Shown one piece after another: positions 17,710 to 29,047 of a stretch of DNA of 64,000 bases. The DNA is from an uncultured Gammaproteobacteria bacterium (GTDB taxonomy: Bacteria > Patescibacteriota > Microgenomatia > UBA1406 > HO2-37-13b): positions 86,508-150,507 of the forward strand of contig CAYPSA010000002.1 in assembly GCA_964413645.1 (NCBI GenBank), given 5' to 3'. The notes beneath the pieces were generated by a model that was not told the DNA's origin, made no database searches, and saw only the letters and a program-made list of their open reading frames with translations. Numbering within the stretch: the first letter of the stretch is position 1; the number at the start of each line of letters is the position of its first letter. The position numbers were made by a program, and so were the translations under genes.

Positions 17710-18924
17710 ATGAAATTCAACAAACCTACTAATATCATTCTTGCGCTATGCGCAGCAATTCTTCTTTTTGGATCTGGCTACAAAATCGGACAATACAATC
17801 TCACTTCACGAGGTAACTCTGCATTTTCATACTTTACCAATACAGCTTCCCAAAAAAATGTGGACTTTTCTTTATATTGGGAAACATGGGATAAACTGTC
17901 GGAAAAATACGTAGATCAAAAGAAAATTGACGAAAAAAAACTCTTTTACGACAGTATTAAAGGCATGGTTGCTTCTGTTGGAGATCCATACACATTTTTC
18001 CTGACTCCAGAAGAAAATAAATCAAGTAAAGATGAACTTGGAGGAAAATTTGAAGGTATTGGCGCACAGCTTGGTTTAAAAGAGGGAAAAATAGTAGTCG
18101 TTGCTCCGCTTAAAGATTCTCCAGCACAAAAAATTGGCATCAAGGCAGGCGATGTAATTACAGAAGTAAATGGAAAATCTACAGATAAATGGACTATCGT
18201 ACAAGCCGTTTCCAAAATTCGAGGAAAAGGTGGAACCACCGTTAAACTAGGCATTCTGCGAGGCGATAAAAAACTCGTTTTTCCCGTTGTGCGTGCAGAA
18301 ATTTTTGTTCCGACTGTAGAACTCACGTATGAAAAAAACGTAGCAATACTTAAACTTTCTCGCTTTGGCGATGATACAAACGCTCAATGGGACAAGGCAG
18401 TTTCAGAAATTGAACAAAAAATTGAAAATGGACAAGTAAAAGGAATGGTACTAGATATGCGCGACAACCCAGGAGGCTACTTGCAAGGAGCTGTATATGT
18501 TGCGAATGAATTCTTACCTGCAAATAAAATCGTCGTATCTCAAGAATACACCGACCTACCAAAAGAAGAATATAAAACAGATCGAGATGGAAAGTTACAG
18601 TCACTTCCTCTCATTACGCTTATTAATGAAGGGTCAGCTTCCGCTGCAGAAATTGTTGCGGGCGCCCTAAAAGATTATGGCAAGACACGTCTAGTAGGTA
18701 AAAAATCATTTGGCAAAGGCTCTGTGCAAGAAGCAATAGATTTGCGCGACGGCGCTGGACTTCATGTAACAATTTCCAAGTGGATCCTTCCAAAAGGAAA
18801 ATGGATAAATGGAGTAGGTGTAAAGCCCGACATTGATGTGGAGAACAAAATTACTGAAGGAAATACGTTGGAGCGGGCAAATGACGTCCAACTTGAAAAA
18901 GCCATAGCAGAAGTTGTAAAATAG
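17710..18924 (+). CDS. S41 family C-terminal processing peptidase with PDZ domain
   Basis: 404 aa with an N-terminal TM, a PDZ domain (GIGAQLGLKEGKIVVVAPLKDSPAQKIGIKAGDVI), DMRDNPGGYL, LINEGSASAAEIVAGAL and GKKSFGKG. Confidence 0.88.
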   Translation: MKFNKPTNIILALCAAILLFGSGYKIGQYNLTSRGNSAFSYFTNTASQKNVDFSLYWETWDKLSEKYVDQKKIDEKKLFYDSIKGMVASVGDPYTFFLTPEENKSSKDELGGKFEGIGAQLGLKEGKIVVVAPLKDSPAQKIGIKAGDVITEVNGKSTDKWTIVQAVSKIRGKGGTTVKLGILRGDKKLVFPVVRAEIFVPTVELTYEKNVAILKLSRFGDDTNAQWDKAVSEIEQKIENGQVKGMVLDMRDNPGGYLQGAVYVANEFLPANKIVVSQEYTDLPKEEYKTDRDGKLQSLPLITLINEGSASAAEIVAGALKDYGKTRLVGKKSFGKGSVQEAIDLRDGAGLHVTISKWILPKGKWINGVGVKPDIDVENKITEGNTLERANDVQLEKAIAEVVK

Positions 18925-18933
18925 GATTCTTGT

Positions 18934-20055
18934 ATGAAAAAGTTACTGATAGTTCTACTGATTTTGTTGGCGTTTCACTTTGTCACTACTCAAAAGCTTC
19001 CTTTTAATAGCCTGCGCAATGACCCCATCATTAATAATACGACTGTCGTAAATAACGAAGAGTCAGCAACAATTCAGGCAATTCAAAAAGCGCTTCCATC
19101 AGTAGTTACTATCCGTATCGATAAAACTACTTCAAATCCTGGAAGAATAGAACTTGATCCATTCGATCCTTTTTCTCCATTTCGTCGAATACCAAGTAGC
19201 GAACAGAAAATTGAACAGAATATTGGATCAGGCTTCATAATTGACAAAGACGGACTTATCGTAACGAATAAACATGTCGTTGTAGATACTGAGGCTAGCT
19301 ACAAAGTATTAACAAATGATAATAAGGCATTCACCGTACAAAAAATTTCCCGCGACCCATTAAATGACTTAGCAATTCTTAAAATAGATGCAAAAAATTT
19401 AACACCGTTATCGCTTGCCAATTCTTCTCAACTAAAGCTAGGCCAACATGTAATTGCTATTGGAACACCATTCGGAGATTTCACCAATAGCGTTACCGCA
19501 GGAATTATTTCTGGCTTAGGCAGAGGAATAACTGCTGGATCTGCTTATGAACAGTTTGTGGAAAGATTGGATAATGTTATTCAGACCGATGCTGCAATAA
19601 ATCCGGGAAATTCAGGAGGAGCACTTATTAATTTATCCGGCCAGGCTGTTGGGGTAAATACAGCCGTTTCAGGACAAGGACAAAATATTGGCTTTGCAAT
19701 CCCTATAAACGTCGTAAAAGACTTACTTAACAATTTTGATAAGAATGAAGGGAAAGTAAATCGTCCATTTGTAGGAATTCGATATCAAATAATTTCTAAG
19801 CAGAATGCTCTAACCAATGAAGTCCCCGAAGGTGCCCGAATTATTGAGGTGATAGACGATTCGCCAGCGCAAAAGGCAGAATTGCAAATCGAAGATATTA
19901 TTACTGAATTTGAAGGGGTTCGAGTAAGTGAAAAAGACGACAAAATCATTCAGAGCAAAATTGCGACACACAAGATAGGGGACCGCATTCAAATAAAAAT
20001 CTGGAGAGAAGGAAAAGTACTCGACAAAACCATTACACTCGAAGCGTTTCAATAA
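18934..20055 (+). CDS. HtrA/DegP-like trypsin-fold serine protease with PDZ domain
   Basis: 373 aa with catalytic-triad contexts TNKHVV, DLAILKI and GNSGGALIN, and a C-terminal PDZ domain (IIEVIDDSPAQKAELQIEDII). Confidence 0.88.
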   Translation: MKKLLIVLLILLAFHFVTTQKLPFNSLRNDPIINNTTVVNNEESATIQAIQKALPSVVTIRIDKTTSNPGRIELDPFDPFSPFRRIPSSEQKIEQNIGSGFIIDKDGLIVTNKHVVVDTEASYKVLTNDNKAFTVQKISRDPLNDLAILKIDAKNLTPLSLANSSQLKLGQHVIAIGTPFGDFTNSVTAGIISGLGRGITAGSAYEQFVERLDNVIQTDAAINPGNSGGALINLSGQAVGVNTAVSGQGQNIGFAIPINVVKDLLNNFDKNEGKVNRPFVGIRYQIISKQNALTNEVPEGARIIEVIDDSPAQKAELQIEDIITEFEGVRVSEKDDKIIQSKIATHKIGDRIQIKIWREGKVLDKTITLEAFQ

Positions 20056-20502
20056 TTAATCCGCACGGATAGCAAGGGAGTTCTCAATAGTAAGAAGTCT
20101 TCCATCAACCGTATCAAATTTCTCACCGAACATATTGATAATCGTAAATACGTCGCGCTCGATTCCGGCCATACGACAGTCAACTTTAAAAAATTGTAAT
20201 TCCATACCCGTTATTCGATGTTCAAATGCACTAAATCGGTGATTCAGTATTAATAGATCTTGTTTAATAGTCACGATATCAGTTTTAACCTGCTCAATAT
20301 CTTTCTCTATTGTTGCAAATCTTCGATCAATTGCGTCAAACCTTTCATCAATTGCATCAAATCTTTCTTCAATCGAAGTAAATCGACCATCGATTGAAGA
20401 TAATTCTTTTTGGACCGCATTATGAACTTCTTCTCGAATTATTAGCCGTAATTGGTCAAAATCTTGCATCGTCAACATGGCACCACTATACAAAAACAGC
20501 AA
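20056..20502 (-). CDS. hypothetical heptad-repeat coiled-coil protein
   Basis: 148 aa with ~15 consecutive 7-residue units [I/V]-[D/E]-x-R-F-x-x (IDGRFTS IEERFDA IDERFDA IDRRFAT...). The start could also be M9 or M12. Its stop abuts the htrA-like stop. Confidence 0.55.
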   Translation of the reverse strand: MLFLYSGAMLTMQDFDQLRLIIREEVHNAVQKELSSIDGRFTSIEERFDAIDERFDAIDRRFATIEKDIEQVKTDIVTIKQDLLILNHRFSAFEHRITGMELQFFKVDCRMAGIERDVFTIINMFGEKFDTVDGRLLTIENSLAIRAD

Positions 20503-20597
20503 AATTTTGTCAACGGTCTAAAAGTCCCATAATATACCTTTTAGAGCTTTACAATAACCCCTTTTCAAGCTTATGCGGCTGGCCATACAAGCACTTC

Positions 20598-20606
20598 TGG
20601 TATAAT
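20598..20606 (+). promoter_or_regulatory. extended -10 box of hisS (TGGTATAAT)
   Basis: TGnTATAAT lies 6 nt before ATG 20613, with no SD. Confidence 0.5.
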
Positions 20607-20612
20607 ATAGCT

Positions 20613-21857
20613 ATGTCAGACGACAAAATTCAAACATTAAAAGGATTTCGGGATTTTTTGGGGCCGCAGGCTCGAGCTCGCCAGTGGATGATTACTCAAA
20701 TCAGAGAAGTTTTTGAACTTTTTGGCTTTGAACCCCTTGAAACTCCTGCGTTGGAGTATTCTGCGCTTTTAACTGGGAAATACGGGGAAGAAGCTGATAA
20801 ATTGATGTACACATTTCAAGATCGTGGCGGTCGCGATGTTGCGCTCCGTTATGACCAGACCGTGCCTACTGCACGCGTTATTTCACAGTATAAAAATGAT
20901 CTAGCGATTCCCTATAAACGATATCAAATCCAACCAGTATGGAGAGCAGACAAACCTCAGAAAGGAAGATATCGCGAGTTTTTCCAATGCGATATTGACA
21001 TTTTAGGAAGCACCTCGCCATTAGCCGACGCAGAAATCATGACATGCACCTATGCGGCTTTTAAGAAAATTGGGTTCAAAAATGTAAAACTTCTCATTAA
21101 TGATCGAAAAACACTCGTTGCCACACTCGAAAAATACGCTACCGGTAGTGCTTCAGTATTTTCGATTATACAAACTATCGATAAATTGGACAAGGTTGGT
21201 AACGATGGAGTTGTTAATGAACTTACTCAGAAAGGACTAACCCCGCAAGTAGCAGAAAGGGTTCTTAACGACACCCAAAACATTCCAATTTCGGACAATC
21301 TTGGGCAAATTTCTAACCTAACTTCTTCTCTAGGGGTTCCTGCTGAAAATTTGGTCTATACTCCTACTTTAGCTCGAGGTCTAGACTATTACACCGGCCT
21401 TATTTTTGAAGTTATCGTACCTGAATATCCTACAGGCTCACTAGGCGGAGGAGGACGATATGACAATTTGATTAATCAGCTATCGGGAACCGATATGCCC
21501 GCTGTGGGAATAGCATTTGGCTTTGATCGAATGATAGATGCGGCCCAAGATTTGAATTTGATTACAGATGCTCAAAAGGGGACAGACGTACTTGTAACCG
21601 TGTTTAACGAAGAACTCGCACAAACATCAGCGCAAGTTGCAAATCAGCTACGCTCTGCTGGGGTTAAAACCGAGATTTATCCTGCTGCCGATAAGCTTGA
21701 AAAGCAACTTAAATTTGCCGATAAAAAAGGAATTTCTTACGTAGTCGTTATCGGACCCGAGGAAGTAGAAAAAGATTCGGTTACTCTAAAGAATCTAAAA
21801 ACCCGCGATCAAAAAACGCTAACACTATCAGAACTTGTTGCATCGCTGTCATTCTGA
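20613..21857 (+). CDS. hisS: histidine--tRNA ligase
   Basis: Start at MSDDKIQTLKGFRDFLG (the ORF-track start 20394 is an upstream extension overlapping the divergent gene). Class II motifs are present: FRYDQTVP-like ALRYDQTVP, YRYQPVWR-like, GGGRYD. Confidence 0.93.
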   Translation: MSDDKIQTLKGFRDFLGPQARARQWMITQIREVFELFGFEPLETPALEYSALLTGKYGEEADKLMYTFQDRGGRDVALRYDQTVPTARVISQYKNDLAIPYKRYQIQPVWRADKPQKGRYREFFQCDIDILGSTSPLADAEIMTCTYAAFKKIGFKNVKLLINDRKTLVATLEKYATGSASVFSIIQTIDKLDKVGNDGVVNELTQKGLTPQVAERVLNDTQNIPISDNLGQISNLTSSLGVPAENLVYTPTLARGLDYYTGLIFEVIVPEYPTGSLGGGGRYDNLINQLSGTDMPAVGIAFGFDRMIDAAQDLNLITDAQKGTDVLVTVFNEELAQTSAQVANQLRSAGVKTEIYPAADKLEKQLKFADKKGISYVVVIGPEEVEKDSVTLKNLKTRDQKTLTLSELVASLSF

Positions 21858-21925
21858 GTAGAGCGAAGAATCTCGGTGTTATTTCAGACCCAGATTCTTC
21901 AGTCATTTCTCTCCTTTAGAATGAC
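21848..21925. repeat. inverted pair of module-B repeats spanning the hisS stop and prfA start
   Basis: GTCATTCT (21848-21855) pairs with AGAATGAC (21918-21925). GAAGAATCT (21865-21873) pairs with AGATTCTTC (21892-21900). The hisS TGA (21855-21857) and the prfA ATG (21921-21923) lie inside the arms. Confidence 0.75.
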
Positions 21926-22622
21926 AATACATAATATGACAATTAATCCAAATATCGTAATAATCGAAGCGAATGGCGGCGTAGGTGGCGATGAAGCCAA
22001 ATTATGGGCTTCCGACATGCTAACTTCATATCTAAAATATGCAACGCGCAAGGGATTTACCGTAACGCTTGTAGAAGACAATATTGCTCGGATCAAAGGA
22101 GAAGGAGCTTTTAATGTCTTTAAAAATGAAACAGGAGTTCATCGGGTACAACGAATCCCATCTACCGAGAAAAGAGGAAGAGTTCATACGTCTACCGCGG
22201 TCATACTTGTTCTTCCTGAAATAATTCAAGCTGAACAAACCATTAATCAAAACGATATTCAATGGGATTTTATTCGAAGCGGAGGACACGGAGGACAAAA
22301 TGTTAATAAGGTCGCTACTGCTGTTCGACTTACGCATAAACCTACAGGCATTGTAATTAACGCCTCACGTGAACGTTTCCAGCAAGCAAATCGTCAAATC
22401 GCGCTCGCAATTCTCGCCTCAAAGCTTTATCAGCTAGAATTAGAAAAACAACAAGGACTACGATATTCATTTGTGAAAGATGTTGGAACGGGTGACCGAT
22501 CGGAAAAAATCCGCACCTATAATTTCCCACAAAATCGGCTAACCGACCATAGAATTAACAAAAGTTTCCATAATTTAGAAGATATTATTGACCAGGGACG
22601 ATGGGAAAAGGTTTTGGGATAA
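21921..22622 (+). CDS. prfA: peptide chain release factor 1, lacking the N-terminal domain 1
   Basis: Contains the P-x-T type codon-recognition motif ([14 protein letters not shown]), the GGQ motif ([12 protein letters not shown]) and the C-terminal [15 protein letters not shown]. Only ~233 aa; an in-frame TAG at 21858 limits any N-terminal extension. The start could also be 21936 or GTG 21876. Confidence 0.8.
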   Translation: MTIHNMTINPNIVIIEANGGVGGDEAKLWASDMLTSYLKYATRKGFTVTLVEDNIARIKGEGAFNVFKNETGVHRVQRIPSTEKRGRVHTSTAVILVLPEIIQAEQTINQNDIQWDFIRSGGHGGQNVNKVATAVRLTHKPTGIVINASRERFQQANRQIALAILASKLYQLELEKQQGLRYSFVKDVGTGDRSEKIRTYNFPQNRLTDHRINKSFHNLEDIIDQGRWEKVLG

Positions 22623-22650
22623 ACACCACTGGAAAATAGCGCACGAATTA

Positions 22651-22659
22651 TGGTATAAT
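22651..22659 (+). promoter_or_regulatory. extended -10 box of rpmE (TGGTATAAT)
   Basis: TGnTATAAT lies 11 nt before ATG 22671. Confidence 0.45.
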
Positions 22660-22670
22660 AGTCATCACTT

Positions 22671-22964
22671 ATGAAAGCAGCAATTCATCCACAATATTTT
22701 ACCGATACCATCGTAACCTGTTCATGCGGGAATACCTTTACATCGGGCTCCATTAAAAAAGACATTCGCGTTGAAGTTTGCTACAAATGCCACCCTTTAT
22801 ACACCGGTGAAAAACGATTTGTCGACACCTTGGGTCAAGTCGGAAAATTCCAAAAGAAACAAGAAGCAGCCAAAGGATATGTTCCTTCAGCTAAAAAACT
22901 TGATAAGAAAAATAGCAAAACTGGAAACAATAAATCTCTCAAAGAACTCCTCATGGAAGCTTAA
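22671..22964 (+). CDS. rpmE: 50S ribosomal protein L31
   Basis: 97 aa with MKAAIHPQY, CSCGN...CYKCHPLYTG (zinc-ribbon type A) and a Lys-rich C-terminal extension. Confidence 0.9.
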   Translation: MKAAIHPQYFTDTIVTCSCGNTFTSGSIKKDIRVEVCYKCHPLYTGEKRFVDTLGQVGKFQKKQEAAKGYVPSAKKLDKKNSKTGNNKSLKELLMEA

Positions 22965-22990
22965 TTCTCTCTTTTTTTACGCATAGCCTA

Positions 22991-24959
<1,969 letters not shown>

Positions 24960-25028
24960 AAAATCCGCTCAGTCATGCTGGGCGATATCATAGAATCGGA
25001 TTATTAATAATTACAAATTTATAAAAAT

Positions 25029-25541
25029 ATGGACATATCAAAACTAACACCAGGAGACAAAGCTCCAGAAGAAATCACTGTCGTTGTGGAAATTCCACAA
25101 GGGGGTACAACAAAGTTTGAAATCGATAAAGATTCGGGAGTTATGTTTGTCGATCGTTTCTTACCAGTTTCTATGGCATATCCTGTTAGCTACGGTTTCA
25201 TTCCCGGAACTCATGCCGAAGATGGCGATGCCGTCGATGTACTTCTACTTTCAAGCCAACCAGTTCCTGTTGGATGCGCTATTAAAGCACGTGTAATCGG
25301 AATGCTTGAAATGGAAGACGAAGCAGGAATAGATACTAAAATTATCGCTGTACCTATGCCAAAAGTAGATTATTTTTATAAGAGCGTATCTGCAGTAAGC
25401 GATCTTAATGAAAATGTAAAAGCACAAATTAAACATTTTTTCGATCACTATAAAGATTTAGAACCAGGCAAATGGGTAAAAACCGGTGAATTTTTAGAAA
25501 AAGATGCAGCATTGGAAGTTGTAAAAAAAGGAATGCAGTAA
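25029..25541 (+). CDS. ppa: inorganic pyrophosphatase (family I)
   Basis: 170 aa with VVVEIPQGGTTKFEIDK, YPVSYGFIPGTHAEDGDAVDVLLL. Confidence 0.92.
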   Translation: MDISKLTPGDKAPEEITVVVEIPQGGTTKFEIDKDSGVMFVDRFLPVSMAYPVSYGFIPGTHAEDGDAVDVLLLSSQPVPVGCAIKARVIGMLEMEDEAGIDTKIIAVPMPKVDYFYKSVSAVSDLNENVKAQIKHFFDHYKDLEPGKWVKTGEFLEKDAALEVVKKGMQ

Positions 25542-25550
25542 CAAAAATAT

Positions 25551-28148
25551 ATGGATGACGAAATGAGAATCAGAGACAAAAACAATACTACAACCGAAAT
25601 TTCTTCGGAAATGAAACGTGCGTATTTGAATTACGCGATGTCAGTTATTGTTTCACGTGCACTTCCTGACGTGCGCGATGGTCTAAAACCTGTGCATCGT
25701 CGTATTTTATACGCGATGTATCGTATTGGACTTACTGCAAGTGCTCGATTCTCAAAATCCGCAACTGTTGTCGGAGAAGTATTGGGTAAATATCATCCAC
25801 ATGGTGACGCTCCTGTTTATGACTCATTGGTCCGCATGGCACAAGAATTTTCGATGCGGTACCCACTCATTAAAGGTCAGGGAAACTTTGGGTCAATTGA
25901 CGGCGATCCTCCCGCTGCAATGCGGTACACAGAAGTAAAGCTCACAAAAATTGCAGAAGAAATGCTTTTTGACATCGACAAGGCTACCGTTGACTGGATG
26001 GACAATTTCGATGCTAAATTACAAGAACCACAATTCCTTCCTGCAAAGCTTCCTAATTTGCTTCTGATGGGAGCTGAAGGTATTGCTGTTGGAATGGCAA
26101 CTAAAATTCCTCCGCATAATTTGTCAGAAATCGTAGATGGAATTTGCTTGATGATCGACAGAACAAAACGAGCCGATGCGCCAACCGTAACTCCAGAAGG
26201 AACAACTACAGAGACTAATTCAACCGATACAAAAACAACGAGTATAAAGAATGAAAAAAACACGATCGATACAGAAGTCGCCAAAGACCATATCGATCGA
26301 TTAAGTTTTGACACATCGCTTGGAGATTTAATGAAACATATCAAAGGTCCTGATTTCCCAACTGCCGGACACATTTACGGTGGAGACGAAATTGTTCAAG
26401 CATATGCAACGGGCCGAGGAAAAATGATGGTTCGAGCCGAAGTTGACAGCGAAGATTTAGGAAAAGGAAAGACTGCGATTATTGTTAATGAATTGCCATA
26501 TCAGGTTAATAAGGCAAACTTAGTGGCAAAAATTGCCGACCTTGTTCGAGATAAAAAAATTATTGGAATTTCTGATTTACGCGATGAATCTGACCGTGAT
26601 GGTATTCGAGTCGTTATTGAACTAAAGAGAGATGCTTCATATAAGAAAATTCTCAATAATTTGTATAAACATACCGATCTACAGACTTCTTATCCTATGA
26701 ACATGGTTGTTTTGGTCGACGGCATGCCGCAAACACTGTCACTAAAATCAATTCTAGAAAATTATCTCAAACATCGCTGTACAGTCATCATCAAGCGTTC
26801 TGAATTTGAACTTGCACAAGCAAAAGCACGTGCACATATTCTTGAAGGTCTTTTAATCGCCCTTGATAACATAGATGAGGTTATTGCAATTATTCGAAAA
26901 TCTGCAAATGAACCTGAAGCAAAAGAAAAATTGATGAGTAAGCTTGGGTTGTCCGACCTTCAATCGCAGGCAATTTTGGACATGCAGCTTAAACGACTCA
27001 CCGGTCTTGAACGCGCAAAGATTGAAGAAGAACTTAAGGCTTTGCAAGAACGTATTGCATATTTAGAAGATTTGTTAAAAGACATTTTTAAGATCTTAGC
27101 AATCATCAAAGAAGAACTCTTATATTTGAAAGAAAAATATGGAGATCCCCGCCGAACAAAGATTTTCAAAAACCAACCTGGAAAATTTTCAGAAGAAGAA
27201 CTCATTGAAAACAAAGAAGTTCTTATTACCTTAACCAAGCAAGGCTACGCAAAATCAGTTCCACGCGACACATTTAAAGTACAACATCGTGGTGGAAAAG
27301 GAGTTGCGGGGATGGATACCAATGAAGAAGATGATGTGTACTTTATCACTGCCGCAAAGACACATGATTCAATATTATTCTTCACCAATGCCGGAAAAGT
27401 TTATCAAACACGAGTCTGGGAAATTCCTGCCGGGTCGCGAACTTCCAAAGGGAAAGCGCTGATTAATCTTATAAACATTGGTCCCGAAGAAAAAGTAACA
27501 TCGGTATTAACGTACAGTCAAGACCAGGTGAAGTCAAAAGAAAAACAATTCATCCTCATGAGTACTCGCATGGGTACAGTCAAAAAAACACCACTGGCTG
27601 ACTTTGCAAATATTCGATCGAATGGAATCATTGCAATTAAGCTTGAAAAAAACGATCAACTGTTATGGGCAATGCTTACCGACAGTAATAAGCGAATTAT
27701 TTTTGCAACAAAAAAGGGCCAATCATTGGCATGCGATGAAAAAGATATCCGCCCAACCGGGCGTTCAAGCCAAGGTGTTATAGGTATGCGCCTGGACAAA
27801 GGCGATCTGATTACTTCCATGGACATTTTTGAGAAAGACAGTACATTTGACTTGCTTGTTTTGTCAGAAAATGGCATAGGAAAGCGTACGCCCCTTAAGC
27901 TATTTCCTGTTCAAAAACGGGGAGGCAAGGGTGTAAAAATTGCAAGCCTCGATTCACGCACAGGTGAAATCGCATTTTCTGGGGTAGTCAGCAATGAGGT
28001 TGAAACACTTATAATTACTACTCAAAAAGGACAAGTAGTAAAAATTCCACTTAGTAATATTCCCAAACTGTCACGAGCCGCAAAAGGCGTCATTCTGATG
28101 CGATTCAGTAAATCGGATGCAAAAATTGCTGGAGCAACATTTGTGTAA
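25551..28148 (+). CDS. gyrA: DNA gyrase subunit A (with a Thr-rich insertion)
   Basis: 865 aa with [29 protein letters not shown], the catalytic Tyr in AAMRYTE, and C-terminal beta-pinwheel repeats. Confidence 0.95.
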   Translation: MDDEMRIRDKNNTTTEISSEMKRAYLNYAMSVIVSRALPDVRDGLKPVHRRILYAMYRIGLTASARFSKSATVVGEVLGKYHPHGDAPVYDSLVRMAQEFSMRYPLIKGQGNFGSIDGDPPAAMRYTEVKLTKIAEEMLFDIDKATVDWMDNFDAKLQEPQFLPAKLPNLLLMGAEGIAVGMATKIPPHNLSEIVDGICLMIDRTKRADAPTVTPEGTTTETNSTDTKTTSIKNEKNTIDTEVAKDHIDRLSFDTSLGDLMKHIKGPDFPTAGHIYGGDEIVQAYATGRGKMMVRAEVDSEDLGKGKTAIIVNELPYQVNKANLVAKIADLVRDKKIIGISDLRDESDRDGIRVVIELKRDASYKKILNNLYKHTDLQTSYPMNMVVLVDGMPQTLSLKSILENYLKHRCTVIIKRSEFELAQAKARAHILEGLLIALDNIDEVIAIIRKSANEPEAKEKLMSKLGLSDLQSQAILDMQLKRLTGLERAKIEEELKALQERIAYLEDLLKDIFKILAIIKEELLYLKEKYGDPRRTKIFKNQPGKFSEEELIENKEVLITLTKQGYAKSVPRDTFKVQHRGGKGVAGMDTNEEDDVYFITAAKTHDSILFFTNAGKVYQTRVWEIPAGSRTSKGKALINLINIGPEEKVTSVLTYSQDQVKSKEKQFILMSTRMGTVKKTPLADFANIRSNGIIAIKLEKNDQLLWAMLTDSNKRIIFATKKGQSLACDEKDIRPTGRSSQGVIGMRLDKGDLITSMDIFEKDSTFDLLVLSENGIGKRTPLKLFPVQKRGGKGVKIASLDSRTGEIAFSGVVSNEVETLIITTQKGQVVKIPLSNIPKLSRAAKGVILMRFSKSDAKIAGATFV

Positions 28149-28165
28149 AAACCTACCACTTCTTT

Positions 28166-29047
28166 ATGGAAATTAATGGAAAAGAGATTGCGAATAAAAT
28201 TCTTGAACACTTGCGTGATGAAGTAAAAGAACAGGGACTTACTCCGAAGTTGGTCGTTTTTTCGATAAATCCTTCTGAAAGCGATCAAATTTATATTAAA
28301 TTAAAACGCGAGGCAGCAACGCTTATTGGTGCCGAATTTGAAGTTGTATATTTTAAAAAGACGCCTCGATTTGAGGAGTTTGCTAATGTTTTACGCACCA
28401 AAGCTGATAGTATTCAAACAAGCGGTCTAATTATTCAACGACCACTTCCTTCTCAGCTTTCGACAGAAACAGTATTTAATTACGTACCTACCGTAAAGGA
28501 AATTGAAGGTCATAAAGCAAAATCCCCGTTTTTGCCTCCTCTTGGTTTGGGAGTACTCACGATGATTAAATATATTTATGATCCCGCTAGTAAAGAAAAT
28601 CCTGACAATTTAATCGTAGATATTAAAAAAGACATGACTTTTTTCAAAAATGTATTGCGTCGAAAAAAAATCGTACTTATGGGCAGGGGAGAAACAGGTG
28701 GTAAGCCAATCGGAAAAATTTTAAGTACGTTGCGTATTAATTATATTAATACACATAGCAAAACATCCCCAGAAAGTGAATTTTACGCAGATGCAGACAT
28801 AATAATTACCGCCACAGGTAAAAAAGTTGTAACTTCAGCAATGATAAAACCAGGAGTAATTTTGCTAAATGTCGGGTTCCGACGTGAATCTGGACGTTCA
28901 AAAGGGGACTATGATATGGAAGAAATTAAAGATATTGCCAGTTTTTATACACCAACACCCGGTGGAATTGGCCCGCTTGAAATTGCTTATTTAATGAGTA
29001 ATTTAGTTGAATCAGCAAAGATTCAAAAAGCAAAATTTAGTTCTTAA
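28166..29047 (+). CDS. folD: bifunctional methylenetetrahydrofolate dehydrogenase/methenyltetrahydrofolate cyclohydrolase
   Basis: 293 aa with IYIKLKREAA, GRGETGGKPIG, PTPGGIGPLEIAYLM. Confidence 0.88.
   Translation: MEINGKEIANKILEHLRDEVKEQGLTPKLVVFSINPSESDQIYIKLKREAATLIGAEFEVVYFKKTPRFEEFANVLRTKADSIQTSGLIIQRPLPSQLSTETVFNYVPTVKEIEGHKAKSPFLPPLGLGVLTMIKYIYDPASKENPDNLIVDIKKDMTFFKNVLRRKKIVLMGRGETGGKPIGKILSTLRINYINTHSKTSPESEFYADADIIITATGKKVVTSAMIKPGVILLNVGFRRESGRSKGDYDMEEIKDIASFYTPTPGGIGPLEIAYLMSNLVESAKIQKAKFSS

Noticed and set aside
17946-18326. 126-aa minus-strand ORF inside the S41 peptidase gene; similar antisense ORFs occur at 24131..24472, 29387..29722, 29415..29738 and 56601..56927
   Set aside because: All are nested in or antisense to strongly supported conserved genes.
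20394-20612. Long N-terminal extensions suggested by the ORF track, for hisS here and also for 15151, 32418, 32536 (minus strand), 42760, 43736, 45770, 48248 and 61392 (minus strand)
   Set aside because: The extensions overlap neighbouring genes or promoters and lack homology. Conserved N-termini begin at internal ATGs that sit at start/stop overlaps or at the -10 + ~6 nt geometry.
21876-22622. Possibility that this release factor is prfB with a programmed +1 frameshift, which would explain the missing N-terminus
   Set aside because: The decoding motif is P-S-T (RF1 type), not SPF. No upstream short ORF with a CUU UGA shift site exists, because hisS ends only 64 nt before the ATG.
22771-22986. 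71-aa ORF in an alternative frame of rpmE
   Set aside because: It is nested in the L31 gene on the same strand. Its Lys/Asn-rich composition is the frame-shifted reading of the Lys-rich L31 tail.
25877-26374. 165-aa minus-strand ORF inside gyrA
   Set aside because: It lies entirely antisense to the highly conserved gyrA. Its length is explained by the low-complexity Thr-rich insertion region.
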